A DNA stretch of 64,000 nucleotides from Phaeosaccion multiseriatum. Its lineage: Eukaryota > Protista > Ochrophyta, other classes. The position numbers and the translations under genes were made by a program. Position 1 is the stretch's first letter; each line of letters begins with the position of its first letter. The stretch covers positions 1,612,001 through 1,676,000 of the forward strand of contig OZ218961.1 in the NCBI GenBank assembly GCA_965112735.1, given 5' to 3'. A model generated the notes under the pieces. The model saw nothing but the letters and a program-made list of their open reading frames with translations. It had not been told where the DNA came from and ran no database searches. This document shows, piece after piece, positions 24,801 to 36,295 of this stretch.

Positions 24801-27800
24801 ATTTGAGCCTATCTGAGATCCCACTTGGCGCTGTTGTGGCAATGTCGTATCTGTGTTGGGCCTATGGTGCTGAGCCAATGCCTGGACTGGGCATGTTGTG
24901 ACCAGCAAACGCGTCGTTCGGGCTGTGTGTGCCTACCAAATATGCCAAATGCCGGCTTTGGGCGTCTTTGCCGACAGATTGGGCCATTTGAGCCTATCTG
25001 AGATCCCACTTGGCGCTGTTGTGGCAATGTCGTATCTGTGTTGGGCCTATGGTGCTGAGCCAATGCCTGGACTGGGCATGTTGTGACCAGCAAACGCGTC
25101 GTTCGGGCTGTGTGTGCGCCCCAAATGCCGGCTTTGGGCGTCTTTGCCGACAGATTGGGCCATTTGAGCCTATCTGAGATCCCACTTGGCGCTGTTGTGG
25201 CAATGTCGTATCTGTGTTGGGCCTATGGTGCTGAGCCAATGCCTGGACTGGGCATGTTGTGACCAGCAAACGCGTCGTTCGGGCTGTGTGTGCCTACCAA
25301 ATATGCCAAATGCCGGCTTTGGGCGTCTTTGCCGACAGATTGGGCCATTTGAGCCTATCTGAGATCCCACTTGGCGCTGTTGTGGCAATGTCGTATCTGT
25401 GTTGGGCCTATGGTGCTGAGCCAATGCCTGGACTGGGCATGTTGTGACCAGCAAACGCGTCGTTCGGGCTGTGTGTGCCTACCAAATATGCCAAATGCCG
25501 GCTTTGGGCGTCTTTGCCGACAGATTGGGCCATTTGAGCCTATCTGAGATCCCACTTGGCGCTGTTGTGGCAATGTCGTATCTGTGTTGGGCCTATGGTG
25601 CTGAGCCAATGCCTGGACTGGGCATGTTGTGACCAGCAAACGCGTCGTTCGGGCTGTGTGTGCCCCCCAAATGCGGGCTTTGGGCGTCTTTGCCGACAGA
25701 TTGGGCCATTTGAGCCTATCTGAGATCCCACTTGGCGCTGTTGTGGCAATGTCGATCTGTGTTGGGCCTATGGTGCTGAGCCAATGCCTGGACTGGGCAT
25801 GTTGTGACCAGCAAACGCGTCGTTCGGGCTGTGTGTGCCTACCAAATATGCCAAATGCCGGCTTTGGGCGTCTTTGCCGACAGATTGGGCCATTTGAGCC
25901 TATCTGAGATCCCACTTGGCGCTGTTGTGGCAATGTCGTATCTGTCTTGGGCCTATGGTGCTGAGCCAATGCCTGGACTGGGCATGTTGTGACCAGCAAA
26001 CGCGTCGTTCGGGCTGTGTGTGCGCCCCAAATGCCGGCTTTGGGCGTCTTTGCCGACAGATTGGGCCATTTGAGCCTATCTGACATCCCACTTGGCGCTG
26101 TTGTGGCAATGTCGTATCTGTGTTGGGCCTATGGTGCTGAGCCAATGCCTGGACTGGGCATGTTGTGACCAGCAAACGCGTCGTTCGGGCTGTGTGTGCC
26201 CCCCAAATGCGGGCTTTGGGCGTCTTTGCCGACAGATTGGGCCATTTGAGCCTATCTGAGATCCCACTTGGCGCTGTTGTGGCAATGTCGTATCTGTGTT
26301 GGGCCTATGGTGCTGAGCCAATGCCTGGACTGGGCATGTTGTGACCAGCAAACGGGCGTTCGGGCTGTGTGTGCCCCCCAAATGCGGGCTTTGGGCGTCT
26401 TTGCCGACAGATTGGGCCATTTGAGCCTATCTGAGATCCCACTTGGCGCTGTTGTGGCAATGTCGTATCTGTGTTGGGCCTATGGTGCTGAGCCAATGCC
26501 TGGACTGGGCATGTTGTGACCAGCAAACGCGTCGTTCGGGCTGTGTGTGCCCCCCAAATGCGGGCTTTGGGCGTCTTTGCCGACAGATTGGGCCATTTGA
26601 GCCTATCTGAGATCCCACTTGGCGCTGTTGTGGCAATGTCGATCTGTGTTGGGCCTATGGTGCTGAGCCAATGCCTGGACTGGGCATGTTGTGACCAGCA
26701 AACGCGTCGTTCGGGCTGTGTGTGCCTACCAAATATGCCAAATGCCGGCTTTGGGCGTCTTTGCCGACAGATTGGGCCATTTGAGCCTATCTGAGATCCC
26801 ACTTGGCGCTGTTGTGGCAATGTCGTATCTGTCTTGGGCCTATGGTGCTGAGCCAATGCCTGGACTGGGCATGTTGTGACCAGCAAACGCGTCGTTCGGG
26901 CTGTGTGTGCGCCCCAAATGCCGGCTTTGGGCGTCTTTGCCGACAGATTGGGCCATTTGAGCCTATCTGAGATCCCACTTGGCGCTGTTGTGGCAATGTC
27001 GTATCTGTGTTGGGCCTATGGTGCTGAGCCAATGCCTGGACTGGGCATGTTGTGACCAGCAAACGGGCGTTCGGGCTGTGTGTGCCCCCCAAATGCGGGC
27101 TTTGGGCGTCTTTGCCGACAGATTGGGCCATTTGAGCCTATCTGAGATCCCACTTGGCGCTGTTGTGGCAATGTCGTATCTGTGTTGGGCCTATGGTGCT
27201 GAGCCAATGCCTGGACTGGGCATGTTGTGACCAGCAAACGCGTCGTTCGGGCTGTGTGTGCGCCCCAAATGCCGGCTTTGGGCGTCTTTGCCGACAGATT
27301 GGGCCATTTGAGCCTATCTGAGATCCCACTTGGCGCTGTTGTGGCAATGTCGTATCTGTGTTGGGCCTATGGTGCTGAGCCAATGCCTGGACTGGGCATG
27401 TTGTGACCAGCAAACGCGTCGTTCGGGCTGTGTGTGCCCCCCAAATGCGGGCTTTGGGCGTCTTTGCCGACAGATTGGGCCATTTGAGCCTATCTGAGAT
27501 CCCACTTGGCGCTGTTGTGGCAATGTCGATCTGTGTTGGGCCTATGGTGCTGAGCCAATGCCTGGACTGGGCATGTTGTGACCAGCAAACGCGTCGTTCG
27601 GGCTGTGTGTGCCTACCAAATATGCCAAATGCCGGCTTTGGGCGTCTTTGCCGACAGATTGGGCCATTTGAGCCTATCTGAGATCCCACTTGGCGCTGTT
27701 GTGGCAATGTCGTATCTGTCTTGGGCCTATGGTGCTGAGCCAATGCCTGGACTGGGCATGTTGTGACCAGCAAACGCGTCGTTCGGGCTGTGTGTGCGCC

Positions 27801-29931
27801 CCAAATGCCGGCTTTGGGCGTCTTTGCCGACAGATTGGGCCATTTGAGCCTATCTGACATCCCACTTGGCGCTGTTGTGGCAATGTCGTATCTGTGTTGG
27901 GCCTATGGTGCTGAGCCAATGCCTGGACTGGGCATGTTGTGACCAGCAAACGCGTCGTTCGGGCTGTGTGTGCCCCCCAAATGCGGGCTTTGGGCGTCTT
28001 TGCCGACAGATTGGGCCATTTGAGCCTATCTGAGATCCCACTTGGCGCTGTTGTGGCAATGTCGTATCTGTGTTGGGCCTATGGTGCTGAGCCAATGCCT
28101 GGACTGGGCATGTTGTGACCAGCAAACGGGCGTTCGGGCTGTGTGTGCCCCCCAAATGCGGGCTTTGGGCGTCTTTGCCGACAGATTGGGCCATTTGAGC
28201 CTATCTGAGATCCCACTTGGCGCTGTTGTGGCAATGTCGTATCTGTGTTGGACCTATGGTGCTGAGCCAATGCCTGGACTGGGCATGTTGTGACCAGCAA
28301 ACGCGTCGTTCGGGCTGTGTGTGCCTACCAAATATGCCAAATGCCGGCTTTGGGCGTCTTTGCCGACAGATTGGGCCATTTGAGCCTATCTGAGATCCCA
28401 CTTGGCGCTGTTGTGGCAATGTCGTATCTGTGTTGGGCCTATGGTGCTGAGCCAATGCCTGGACTGGGCATGTTGTGACCAGCAAACGCGTCGTTCGGGC
28501 TGTGTGTGCCTACCAAATATGCCAAATGCCGGCTTTGGGCGTCTTTGCCGACAGATTGGGCCATTTGAGCCTATCTGAGATCCCACTTGGCGCTGTTGTG
28601 GCAATGTCGTATCTGTGTTGGGCCTATGGTGCTGAGCCAATGCCTGGACTGGGCATGTTGTGACCAGCAAACGCGTCGTTCGGGCTGTGTGTGCCTACCA
28701 AATATGCCAAATGCCGGCTTTGGGCGTCTTTGCCGACAGATTGGGCCATTTGAGCCTATCTGAGATCCCACTTGGCGCTGTTGTGGCAATGTCGTATCTG
28801 TGTTGGGCCTATGGTGCTGAGCCAATGCCTGGACTGGGCATGTTGTGACCAGCAAACGCGTCGTTCGGGCTGTGTGTGCCTACCAAATATGCCAAATGCC
28901 GGCTTTGGCCGTCTTTGCCGACAGATTGGGCCATTTGAGCCTATCTGAGATCCCACTTGGCGCTGTTGTGGCAATGTCGTATCTGTGTTGGGCCTATGGT
29001 GCTGAGCCAATGCCTGGACTGGGCATGTTGTGACCAGCAAACGCGTCGTTCGGGCTGTGTGTGCCTACCAAATATGCCAAATGCCGGCTTTGGGCGTCTT
29101 TGCCGACAGATTGGGCCATTTGAGCCTATCTGAGATCCCACTTGGCGCTGTTGTGGCAATGTCGTATCTGTGTTGGGCCTATGGTGCTGAGCCAATGCCT
29201 GGACTGGGCATGTTGTGACCAGCAAACGCGTCGTTCGGGCTGTGTGTGCCTACCAAATATGCCAAATGCCGGCTTTGGCCGTCTTTGCCGACAGATTGGG
29301 CCATTTGAGCCTATCTGAGATCCCACTTGGCGCTGTTGTGGCAATGTCGTATCTGTGTTGGGCCTATGGTGCTGAGCCAATGCCTGGACTGGGCATGTTG
29401 TGACCAGCAAACGCGTCGTTCGGGCTGTGTGTGCCTACCAAATATGCCAAATGCCGGCTTTGGGCGTCTTTGCCGACAGATTGGGCCATTTGAGCCTATC
29501 TGAGATCCCACTTGGCGCTGTTGTGGCAATGTCGTATCTGTGTTGGGCCTATGGTGCTGAGCCAATGCCTGGACTGGGCATGTTGTGACCAGCAAACGCG
29601 TCGTTCGGGCTGTGTGTGCCCCCCAAATGCGGGCTTTGGGCGTCTTTGCCGACAGATTGGGCCATTTGAGCCTATCTGAGATCCCACTTGGCGCTGTTGT
29701 GGCAATGTCGTATCTGTGTTGGGCCTATGGTGCTGAGCCAATGCCTGGACTGGGCATGTTGTGACCAGCAAACGCGTCGTTCGGGCTGTGTGTGCCCCCC
29801 AAATGCGGGCTTTGGGCGTCTTTGCCGACAGATTGGGCCATTTGAGCCTATCTGAGATCCCACTTGGCGCTGTTGTGGCAATGTCGTATCTGTGTTGGGC
29901 CTATGGTGCTGAGCCAATGCCTGGACTGGGC
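12871..29931 (+). repeat. 185/176-bp satellite, main block (~94 monomers) with higher-order repeats
   Basis: Uninterrupted monomers. Variant patterns recur at offsets of 722, 1074, 887/1774, 1258 and 1988 bp. Confidence 0.99.
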
Positions 29932-30962
29932 TTCTCGCAGTCGTTGCGCTCCATCAAAACTGGGTACCCATTGAGAGGCCTCGCTCCTCCACATTCAGTC
30001 GTCGCCAATGCTGGGGGATAAACTTTTCATTAAGAGTGCAGTCCTAAGAAGGACTCACCTCGAGGCACACAGTGTCACTGGGGTGTCGCTCCCCTGACGG
30101 GGGCGAGCACGGGCCTTTGGGGGCAGCGGTTCAGAGGAACCGCTCATCCCCCCCTTAACTACTGAGTATCTAACTACTATGTACTAAACTAATCTAGATG
30201 GGTGGGTGGGTGGAGAAAGAAAAAACCTTTTGCCCGGTGAGAGCTCCATACTACACCAGGCTAAGGGTCTCTAACTTCTACTAGATGCGTGTGCGTAGCG
30301 CAAGCCCTTGCAACTGTTAGCATTGGGGGCACATCTTGTGTTTGCAACTGTTAGCATGACACAAGTAAGCACACAGCATCTTCACCCTCACAAGAGAAGC
30401 AGTCGGGCCCTACTGCGATCCTTGCTTTCCTACACCACCGTCTCTACTCTCCTCCCTGCTTGCCCACACCCCCGCGTACCTGCTCTCGATCTCCTTCAAT
30501 CACGGTAGGGTGGCGAGTGCAGCAGGGCTCCTCCTCTTCTGAGCTCGAGCAGCAGAGAACACTGCTTTTCCATCTGCTGCCATATATATTTCTATCCTAA
30601 ACCCCCCTCGGGGTCCACACACGCGCCCACGCTCCACACCCTACCCCTCGGCTCTCAATACCCTGTTTCTCCGTCGACTCCACTCTGCGAGAACAGAACT
30701 TCCGTGGCTCCGCTGCTGAAGCAGCGTTCTCGCAGTCGTTGCGCTCCATCAAAACTGGGTACCCATTGAGAGGCCTCGCTCCTCCACATTCAGTCGTCGC
30801 CAATGCTGGGGGATAAACTTTTCATTAAGAGTGCAGTCCTAAGAAGGACTCACCTCGAGGCACACAGTGTCCCTGGGGTGTCGCTCCCCTGACGGGGGCG
30901 AGCACGGGCCTTTGGGGGCAGCGGTTCAGAGGAACCGCTCATCCCCCATTCACCCAAAGTCC

Positions 30963-32078
30963 TCAGGGCGCTGCCGTGTCTGCATGCAGCATGCGCCCTG
31001 CCCAGCCAAGAGCCTCCTCCACCGTACGGTGCGCGTACTGAAAGGCTGTCGCCGACGCCCACCTGCCCCAGAACTGCAGGAGTCGCCAGTCAGCGCCGCT
31101 TGCCGCCAATGCCGTAGCCCCACCGCTCCGCAGGGAGTGGGACGAGATGCGTGCTGGATCCCTACCAATCTGCTGAGCTCCCCTCTTCAGTGCCTTGCTG
31201 ACTTGGTGGGAGGTGACGCACTTCCTCCTCCCCGACTCGTCCACATAGGAGGAAAGGAGGGCACTACCCCCTGCTGCCTCCCGCTCCTGCTCCGTTCGTC
31301 GGTAGTGGCAGCGCACCGCCTCCAGGGCAGCCTCCACTGGACACAAGTCGACGACCCCCGTCCGCTCGTGTGTCCGCACTTCTCCTCTCCTGAAGGTGTC
31401 CGTCTTGCTACCAGTGAAGACGAGAGTGACGCGGCACAGCTCCACTCCTTCCTCGATCGCGGCAAGCGCCTCTTGTCCAGTGTAGCTCCGGCTCGCTCTA
31501 TCTGCGAAGGTAACATCGTGATGAGTGAGAATGTAGTCTTCCTCTGTCCCTCCACTCACACTGTTCGGGGCGAACTCGCTCACTCGCATGAGAAAGAACC
31601 ACCCCAGGAGGATGAGGGCCCCTAGCATGTGCCCTCTCTCCCCCTCCCCTCGCAGCTCCCGTCTGGTGCTGCGAAGAATGTCCACGTCTACTGGCAGCTG
31701 CTGTACGCTGTCTCCGTCCTCCAGCCTGTAGCTCCGAAGGAGCAGGTGGACCTGCCTCCCGACTGCAGGCCCCTTGAGCCCCTCCCGCGAGAAGAGGTCA
31801 TTCACCCCTGGGCCCTTGCCCCTCAGAGTGGCCGCACCGTTGCCCCTCTCCTCTCGGCACCACGCTATGAACGCCATGAATACCTCCGCATTGCGAGGGT
31901 CGTCATCTCCAAACAGTAACACGGGAACGCCTGCTAGACCGCAGAAGTCAGTCCACTGACGCTGGACCGTCGCGTAGCGACGAACGGTTGCAGGCCTGAG
32001 ACCGCTCGCTGCGGCTCCCCACGCAAGGTTGCGAAAACGGCGTCCATAATCGTTGAGTTGGGCTCCAGCTGTTGCCAC
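30963..32078 (-). CDS. Tyrosine recombinase of DIRS type (371 aa)
   Basis: Catalytic R-K-H-R-W-Y set: FLMRVSE, GSKTD, SHSLRSGGAT, GRWASATAFQY. LCPV motif. Overlaps the 3' end of the RT ORF. Confidence 0.95.
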   Translation of the reverse strand: MATAGAQLNDYGRRFRNLAWGAAASGLRPATVRRYATVQRQWTDFCGLAGVPVLLFGDDDPRNAEVFMAFIAWCREERGNGAATLRGKGPGVNDLFSREGLKGPAVGRQVHLLLRSYRLEDGDSVQQLPVDVDILRSTRRELRGEGERGHMLGALILLGWFFLMRVSEFAPNSVSGGTEEDYILTHHDVTFADRASRSYTGQEALAAIEEGVELCRVTLVFTGSKTDTFRRGEVRTHERTGVVDLCPVEAALEAVRCHYRRTEQEREAAGGSALLSSYVDESGRRKCVTSHQVSKALKRGAQQIGRDPARISSHSLRSGGATALAASGADWRLLQFWGRWASATAFQYAHRTVEEALGWAGRMLHADTAAP

Positions 32079-34222
32079 TCCGTCAGCGGCTGAAACATGG
32101 GAGAGATGGGAGAAAGGTGGTCAGTACCGATGAGATAATCGAGGGAGTAGCGGCTGAGGCCGTCGGGGATGATGTTCTTCGCCCCTTCGACGTGCTCGAC
32201 GTTGAGGCTGCACTGCGCTCCGATCTCCAAAAGGCCCACCAGTCCTGCCAGACCATTGGAAATGTCACTGTTGGCCGCTCCCTGGTGCTCAATCCACGAG
32301 AGGGAGCTGGTGTTGTCCCCTCTGACCAAGACGCCAGCGAGACAGAAGCTGGCTGGGTCGTGCAGCCAAAAAGTGCAGATGCCCACCACAATCACTGCCA
32401 TCTCGAGGTCGTTGATGGAGATGAGCTGTGGAGACGCCTGGTGAGCAGCCCGTACCTCGGGAGGCCACTCCCACTGCGCGAAAAGTCCTGCTGCCTCCCA
32501 CACAATGCCTCCCCCCCTGATAGCCCCCTCTGAGTCCACCCACACTGCTGCATCTCCATCCAATACGATATCCGGGACTCGCTTCACCATCAATTCTAAA
32601 GGGCGGACCAAGACGGAGGGATCTTTCACCCCCCAATCTAAAAGATCCCGCCACCGCTGCAGGTCGAAGTGCGCTTGAGAGGAGAGCGTGATGCGAGCGT
32701 GGGGCGAGAAGCCGCAGTGTCGAGTGAGGTTGGTGAGCTGGCGGAGCATGTAGCGACCGGGCCCTACGCAGTAGCTCATGCTCCGGAGTTTCCCGATGAC
32801 AGACTGGAGCTCCTTCAGCGAGCAAAAATGTCGCTCTGGCCCCCACTCAGCCAAAAGAATCTGCAGCTCCTCCAGCTTATCGGGGCGGAGCGAAGCAGTC
32901 CCCCGCACAGTGTCAATCATGATGCCCAAGACCCGCTGGCAGGAGAGCCAGCTCCCCTCCACGCCGTGCTTCTCGAGGTTGATGCAGGAGGGGACATGAG
33001 GGTGCTCCCCCGGCCAGCTGAAGAGGTTATAGTGCGTAGAAAGTATGAGGGCACTCAGCCGCAAGGCCCCTGTGCCGCGCTGGAGGGCGGGGACGTCCCG
33101 AGGGACCGCCCAGACAGCGATAGTGTCGTCTCCGTGGCAAGCCGCCGATTGTTGAGCTGCCGAAACCGCCGCCGTCGGAGCGCCTCGCATTTTCCGCCGT
33201 TGGCATTTCTGCTCCTCCACTTGTACAAGCTCGAGGCCGGGGATGCGGCCATTGCAGCACGAGGGGATGACAATCTCCGCCGCGAGTGGAGTAGCAAGAA
33301 TGACGGCAACGATGCTCTGGGCCAGCACGAAGTAGAAGGCAGGAGAGGAGCAGGGGCCGAAGGCGCAGCGAAGATCGAAGATGACGACTGAGCCAATGAT
33401 GGAGCAGAAGAAGGGCCAGAGCGCGCCACTGCGGGAGTAGTAGACCCAGTTGAAGGCAGCAGAGACGTCGGTCTTGGAGATCAAAATATCCCACGCTGCT
33501 GGGGCGAGGGAGACATTCAAGTTGTAGATGTGCGTGATAATCTCCAGCAAAGCGTTCTGCCCCTTCATGTCGACGAGGCGCGTCTTGTCCGTCTGGCTGT
33601 TGGAAGTGGGCTCGCCGTGGAGGGAGCAGGAGGGGTCGAGGACCTGGCGTAGCTTTCCGTTCGGCTTGAGGATGGCGCTCAAGAAGGAGTGCCTGAATTG
33701 GGAAAAATATTGCAAGGCCACCGAGAGCGACACAAGCAAAACTTGACCGGCAGCGGCACTGGCGGCCGCCATGGCCTCCAAGGCGACGGCATGTTCACGC
33801 CCTCCCTCGTGGTTGCGGTAGGCAAGGCGCTGCGGAGAAGTGACGGCAGAAAACTCCCCAGGTACGGTGGCCCCCTTGGAGGTGATTTCCTCCAACTCTG
33901 GCCACAGCGGCACTCCTGCGAAGACAGTACGAATGCGGTCGGCGTGGAAGTAGTCGGGGGCGAAGGGAGGGCCGAGCCACTCCACGTAGGCCCCCAAGTC
34001 GCCGTGGAAAGCCGCCAAGCCTTGGTCGTGGAATTTGACCACGGCGGAGCTAAAGCACACCCCCCCACCCCTCGCCCTGCTGCCCAACGCTGACGCACTC
34101 AGGAAAGTCTGCTCCACCCAGGCTGGGTCGGCCGACCTGCGGTACAGGGCCCCTTCAGGGGGCCGCCGTGGCGGCCGGCCCTCCGCGGGTGGAGGGCCCT
34201 CCTTATCGCTCCCTGATGGCAC
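31934..34222 (-). CDS. DIRS-type reverse transcriptase-RNase H (762 aa)
   Basis: GKLRQVLD, KTDVSAAF, AFGPCSSP, HGDD, LGIMID. RNase H motifs GDAA, INDLEM, GDNTS, HVEGAKNIIPDGLSR. Confidence 0.92.
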   Translation of the reverse strand: MPSGSDKEGPPPAEGRPPRRPPEGALYRRSADPAWVEQTFLSASALGSRARGGGVCFSSAVVKFHDQGLAAFHGDLGAYVEWLGPPFAPDYFHADRIRTVFAGVPLWPELEEITSKGATVPGEFSAVTSPQRLAYRNHEGGREHAVALEAMAAASAAAGQVLLVSLSVALQYFSQFRHSFLSAILKPNGKLRQVLDPSCSLHGEPTSNSQTDKTRLVDMKGQNALLEIITHIYNLNVSLAPAAWDILISKTDVSAAFNWVYYSRSGALWPFFCSIIGSVVIFDLRCAFGPCSSPAFYFVLAQSIVAVILATPLAAEIVIPSCCNGRIPGLELVQVEEQKCQRRKMRGAPTAAVSAAQQSAACHGDDTIAVWAVPRDVPALQRGTGALRLSALILSTHYNLFSWPGEHPHVPSCINLEKHGVEGSWLSCQRVLGIMIDTVRGTASLRPDKLEELQILLAEWGPERHFCSLKELQSVIGKLRSMSYCVGPGRYMLRQLTNLTRHCGFSPHARITLSSQAHFDLQRWRDLLDWGVKDPSVLVRPLELMVKRVPDIVLDGDAAVWVDSEGAIRGGGIVWEAAGLFAQWEWPPEVRAAHQASPQLISINDLEMAVIVVGICTFWLHDPASFCLAGVLVRGDNTSSLSWIEHQGAANSDISNGLAGLVGLLEIGAQCSLNVEHVEGAKNIIPDGLSRYSLDYLIGTDHLSPISPMFQPLTEWQQLEPNSTIMDAVFATLRGEPQRAVSGLQPFVATRRSSVSGLTSAV

Positions 34223-34252
34223 CGTCGAGGGTCCGTCGGCGCCAGGGCGCCC

Positions 34253-36295
34253 TCATTGCCACCAGGGCACGCCCGTGAGGTCCAACTGCTGGGCCATGGA
34301 CAGCGCGTGAGCGCAGTCAACGGGGGAGGGCTGGGTGCCGAGAGTCTTGAGGGCAGTGAGGGCTTGGCGTTTCTGCGGGAAGGTGAGGGTGCTGGGAGTG
34401 CAGGGGGCAAAGGGGCAGTCGGGGGTGGTGCAGGTGCGCGTCTTCAGGAGGCCGAGGCAGATTCCCCGGCTCGCAGTGAGGCCCCCTCCCCCTCCTCGAC
34501 CGGCAGGAAAGGTGTGCAGAGCGGCGGCCACCGCAGTGGCCACCATGCCTTCCATGTGCAGCATCGCCGCCGACGGCGAGGCCCCCGCAGTGAGCATGGA
34601 GTCCAGCGAGAAGACGGGGGCGGTGGAGAAGTCGCGCACCGGCAGGGGTTGGCGGCCGATCCAGCGGGCGCACTCGGCGGTGTGCAGCGCCAGCGACTTG
34701 TTGAGAACCGTGATGGTGATGGACGGCGTCATGCCGAGAAACAGGGGCTCATGGCGAGGCACCACCTCCGCTAGCAGGGCCACGAGGGTGGTGAAGTCGG
34801 TGAAGATGTCCGAGTTGGCGGGGAACACCATGTGGAAGAGGGCCACAAAATTCGTAAGGGTGAGGTGGAGGGCATGGAGGGTGGTCGGGGGTCGGCGCTG
34901 CACCTTCGGGAGGGGGGTGACGGCCCCCCCCCCTTCCGCACTACGCTGCTTCAGCTCCGTCATGTCGAGGGTAGCGCTGGCCTTGTTGGCCACTGCGGCC
35001 GCGACGGGGGCCACGCATTCCAGTTGGAAGTCGTCGACGAGGCCGAGACAGCCCGAGCGAAGCCCCAGCAAGGAGATGGGGTCGAGGGCAGTGGAGGCGG
35101 TGATGTGGAAGCGTTGGGCGACTTCCTTCATCCCCGCAGCACCCCTCTTGATGACCGGGCTGGCGGTGCCTCTGTTGAGCAGGAGGGCAGCAGTGGGAAT
35201 TTCTTTACCTTTGGATTCAGTGCAGGTCGCCTCCGAGAGGGCAAGGGCCTCGGCGTCACGGGAAGCGCGACTGAGGGCGACAGCAGATTCCTTGGCGGCG
35301 AGGGCACGGGCTTGGGCGAGCTTGTCGAGGTCGAGTTGGGACGCCAACTCCCGATGACGCTGGCGGTCGCGAACGGCAGCCATGCGCTCCTCCAACTCCA
35401 TGCGGTGGGCGGCGAGCTCCAAATCGCGGAGCTCCTGCGTCACAGGGGCTTGGGGTGTCGTCGCAGAGACAGGAGCCACCACCAGGGCCGCGTCTGCGGC
35501 CGGCTCGGCCTCGTGTTCCTTCCCCTCCTCCTCGCCATCCTCGGCATCCACCTCGGCTTCCCCCGGGGAAGTATCACCCCCTCCAGCGGCAACCTCCTCC
35601 ACCCCCTCCGCGTCTGTAGCGGGCCTCTCCTCCTCCACAAGCTCGGCAGCTGCCGCCTCGCGCTCCATGGGGTCAAAAAGGGCCCCAAGGTGGCGGGCTG
35701 CGGGATCCAGTTGGGCAGGCCCCCCGGGTGCGAGCTGCTCGAGGGTAGCGTCGGAGATAAGGTGCCAGAGGACCCCTTCCTCTAGCGGAGTGGTGGGGCG
35801 AGAGCGGACTTTGAGGGTAGGGGTCCGTCGAAATTTGGCCCCCTTGGCGAGTAGCGAGGTCCACTCATCGAAAGTCAGGTTGTCAGAGTCGTCCAGGTAG
35901 CGCAGGGTGTAGGTGGGCTGTGACGAGGTGCCCCCCATAGAGAGAGTGCCGGCCATGAAGTCGAGCTCGTTGTCACCCTCCTTAATAACCACAAAAGCTT
36001 TGTCCGAGAAGGAATCGTCGAAGGTGAGGCGGAGATCCGCCGAGGAGCCATAGACAGACATGCTGAGCTGCTCCGGGGCGATGAACAACAGGTGCTGAGG
36101 GCGCAGGCAGGACGGCTGCTGTGGGGCGGTTGGTGCGGCGGCTGCGGCAGAGGATTTGGGCGGGAAGGAACACCACGCCGCAGGAAAAGGACCACACGCG
36201 GTGGGGAAGGGAGGAGGCGGAGAGATTAGGGTGGAAGAACCCCGCGACACGGATGGAGAGGAAAGGGCGACGAGGGAGCGTGGAAGCCCCGTCAC
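34253..36295 (-). CDS. ORF1/Gag-like protein of the YR retrotransposon (true start possibly ~36061)
   Basis: First long ORF after A1, with an acidic linker, a coiled coil and a C-terminal Cys cluster (CLGLLKTRTCTTPDCPF). Called on position only. Confidence 0.75.
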   Translation of the reverse strand: MTGLPRSLVALSSPSVSRGSSTLISPPPPFPTACGPFPAAWCSFPPKSSAAAAAPTAPQQPSCLRPQHLLFIAPEQLSMSVYGSSADLRLTFDDSFSDKAFVVIKEGDNELDFMAGTLSMGGTSSQPTYTLRYLDDSDNLTFDEWTSLLAKGAKFRRTPTLKVRSRPTTPLEEGVLWHLISDATLEQLAPGGPAQLDPAARHLGALFDPMEREAAAAELVEEERPATDAEGVEEVAAGGGDTSPGEAEVDAEDGEEEGKEHEAEPAADAALVVAPVSATTPQAPVTQELRDLELAAHRMELEERMAAVRDRQRHRELASQLDLDKLAQARALAAKESAVALSRASRDAEALALSEATCTESKGKEIPTAALLLNRGTASPVIKRGAAGMKEVAQRFHITASTALDPISLLGLRSGCLGLVDDFQLECVAPVAAAVANKASATLDMTELKQRSAEGGGAVTPLPKVQRRPPTTLHALHLTLTNFVALFHMVFPANSDIFTDFTTLVALLAEVVPRHEPLFLGMTPSITITVLNKSLALHTAECARWIGRQPLPVRDFSTAPVFSLDSMLTAGASPSAAMLHMEGMVATAVAAALHTFPAGRGGGGGLTASRGICLGLLKTRTCTTPDCPFAPCTPSTLTFPQKRQALTALKTLGTQPSPVDCAHALSMAQQLDLTGVPWWQ

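Noticed and set aside
12871-29931. CRISPR array
   Set aside because: Monomers are contiguous and near-identical with no unique spacers, there are no cas genes, and the context is eukaryotic.
34256-35900. Plus-strand ORFs overlapping YR-element ORF1 (and the many antisense ORFs over copia and gypsy pol)
   Set aside because: Antisense shadows of GC-rich coding sequence.
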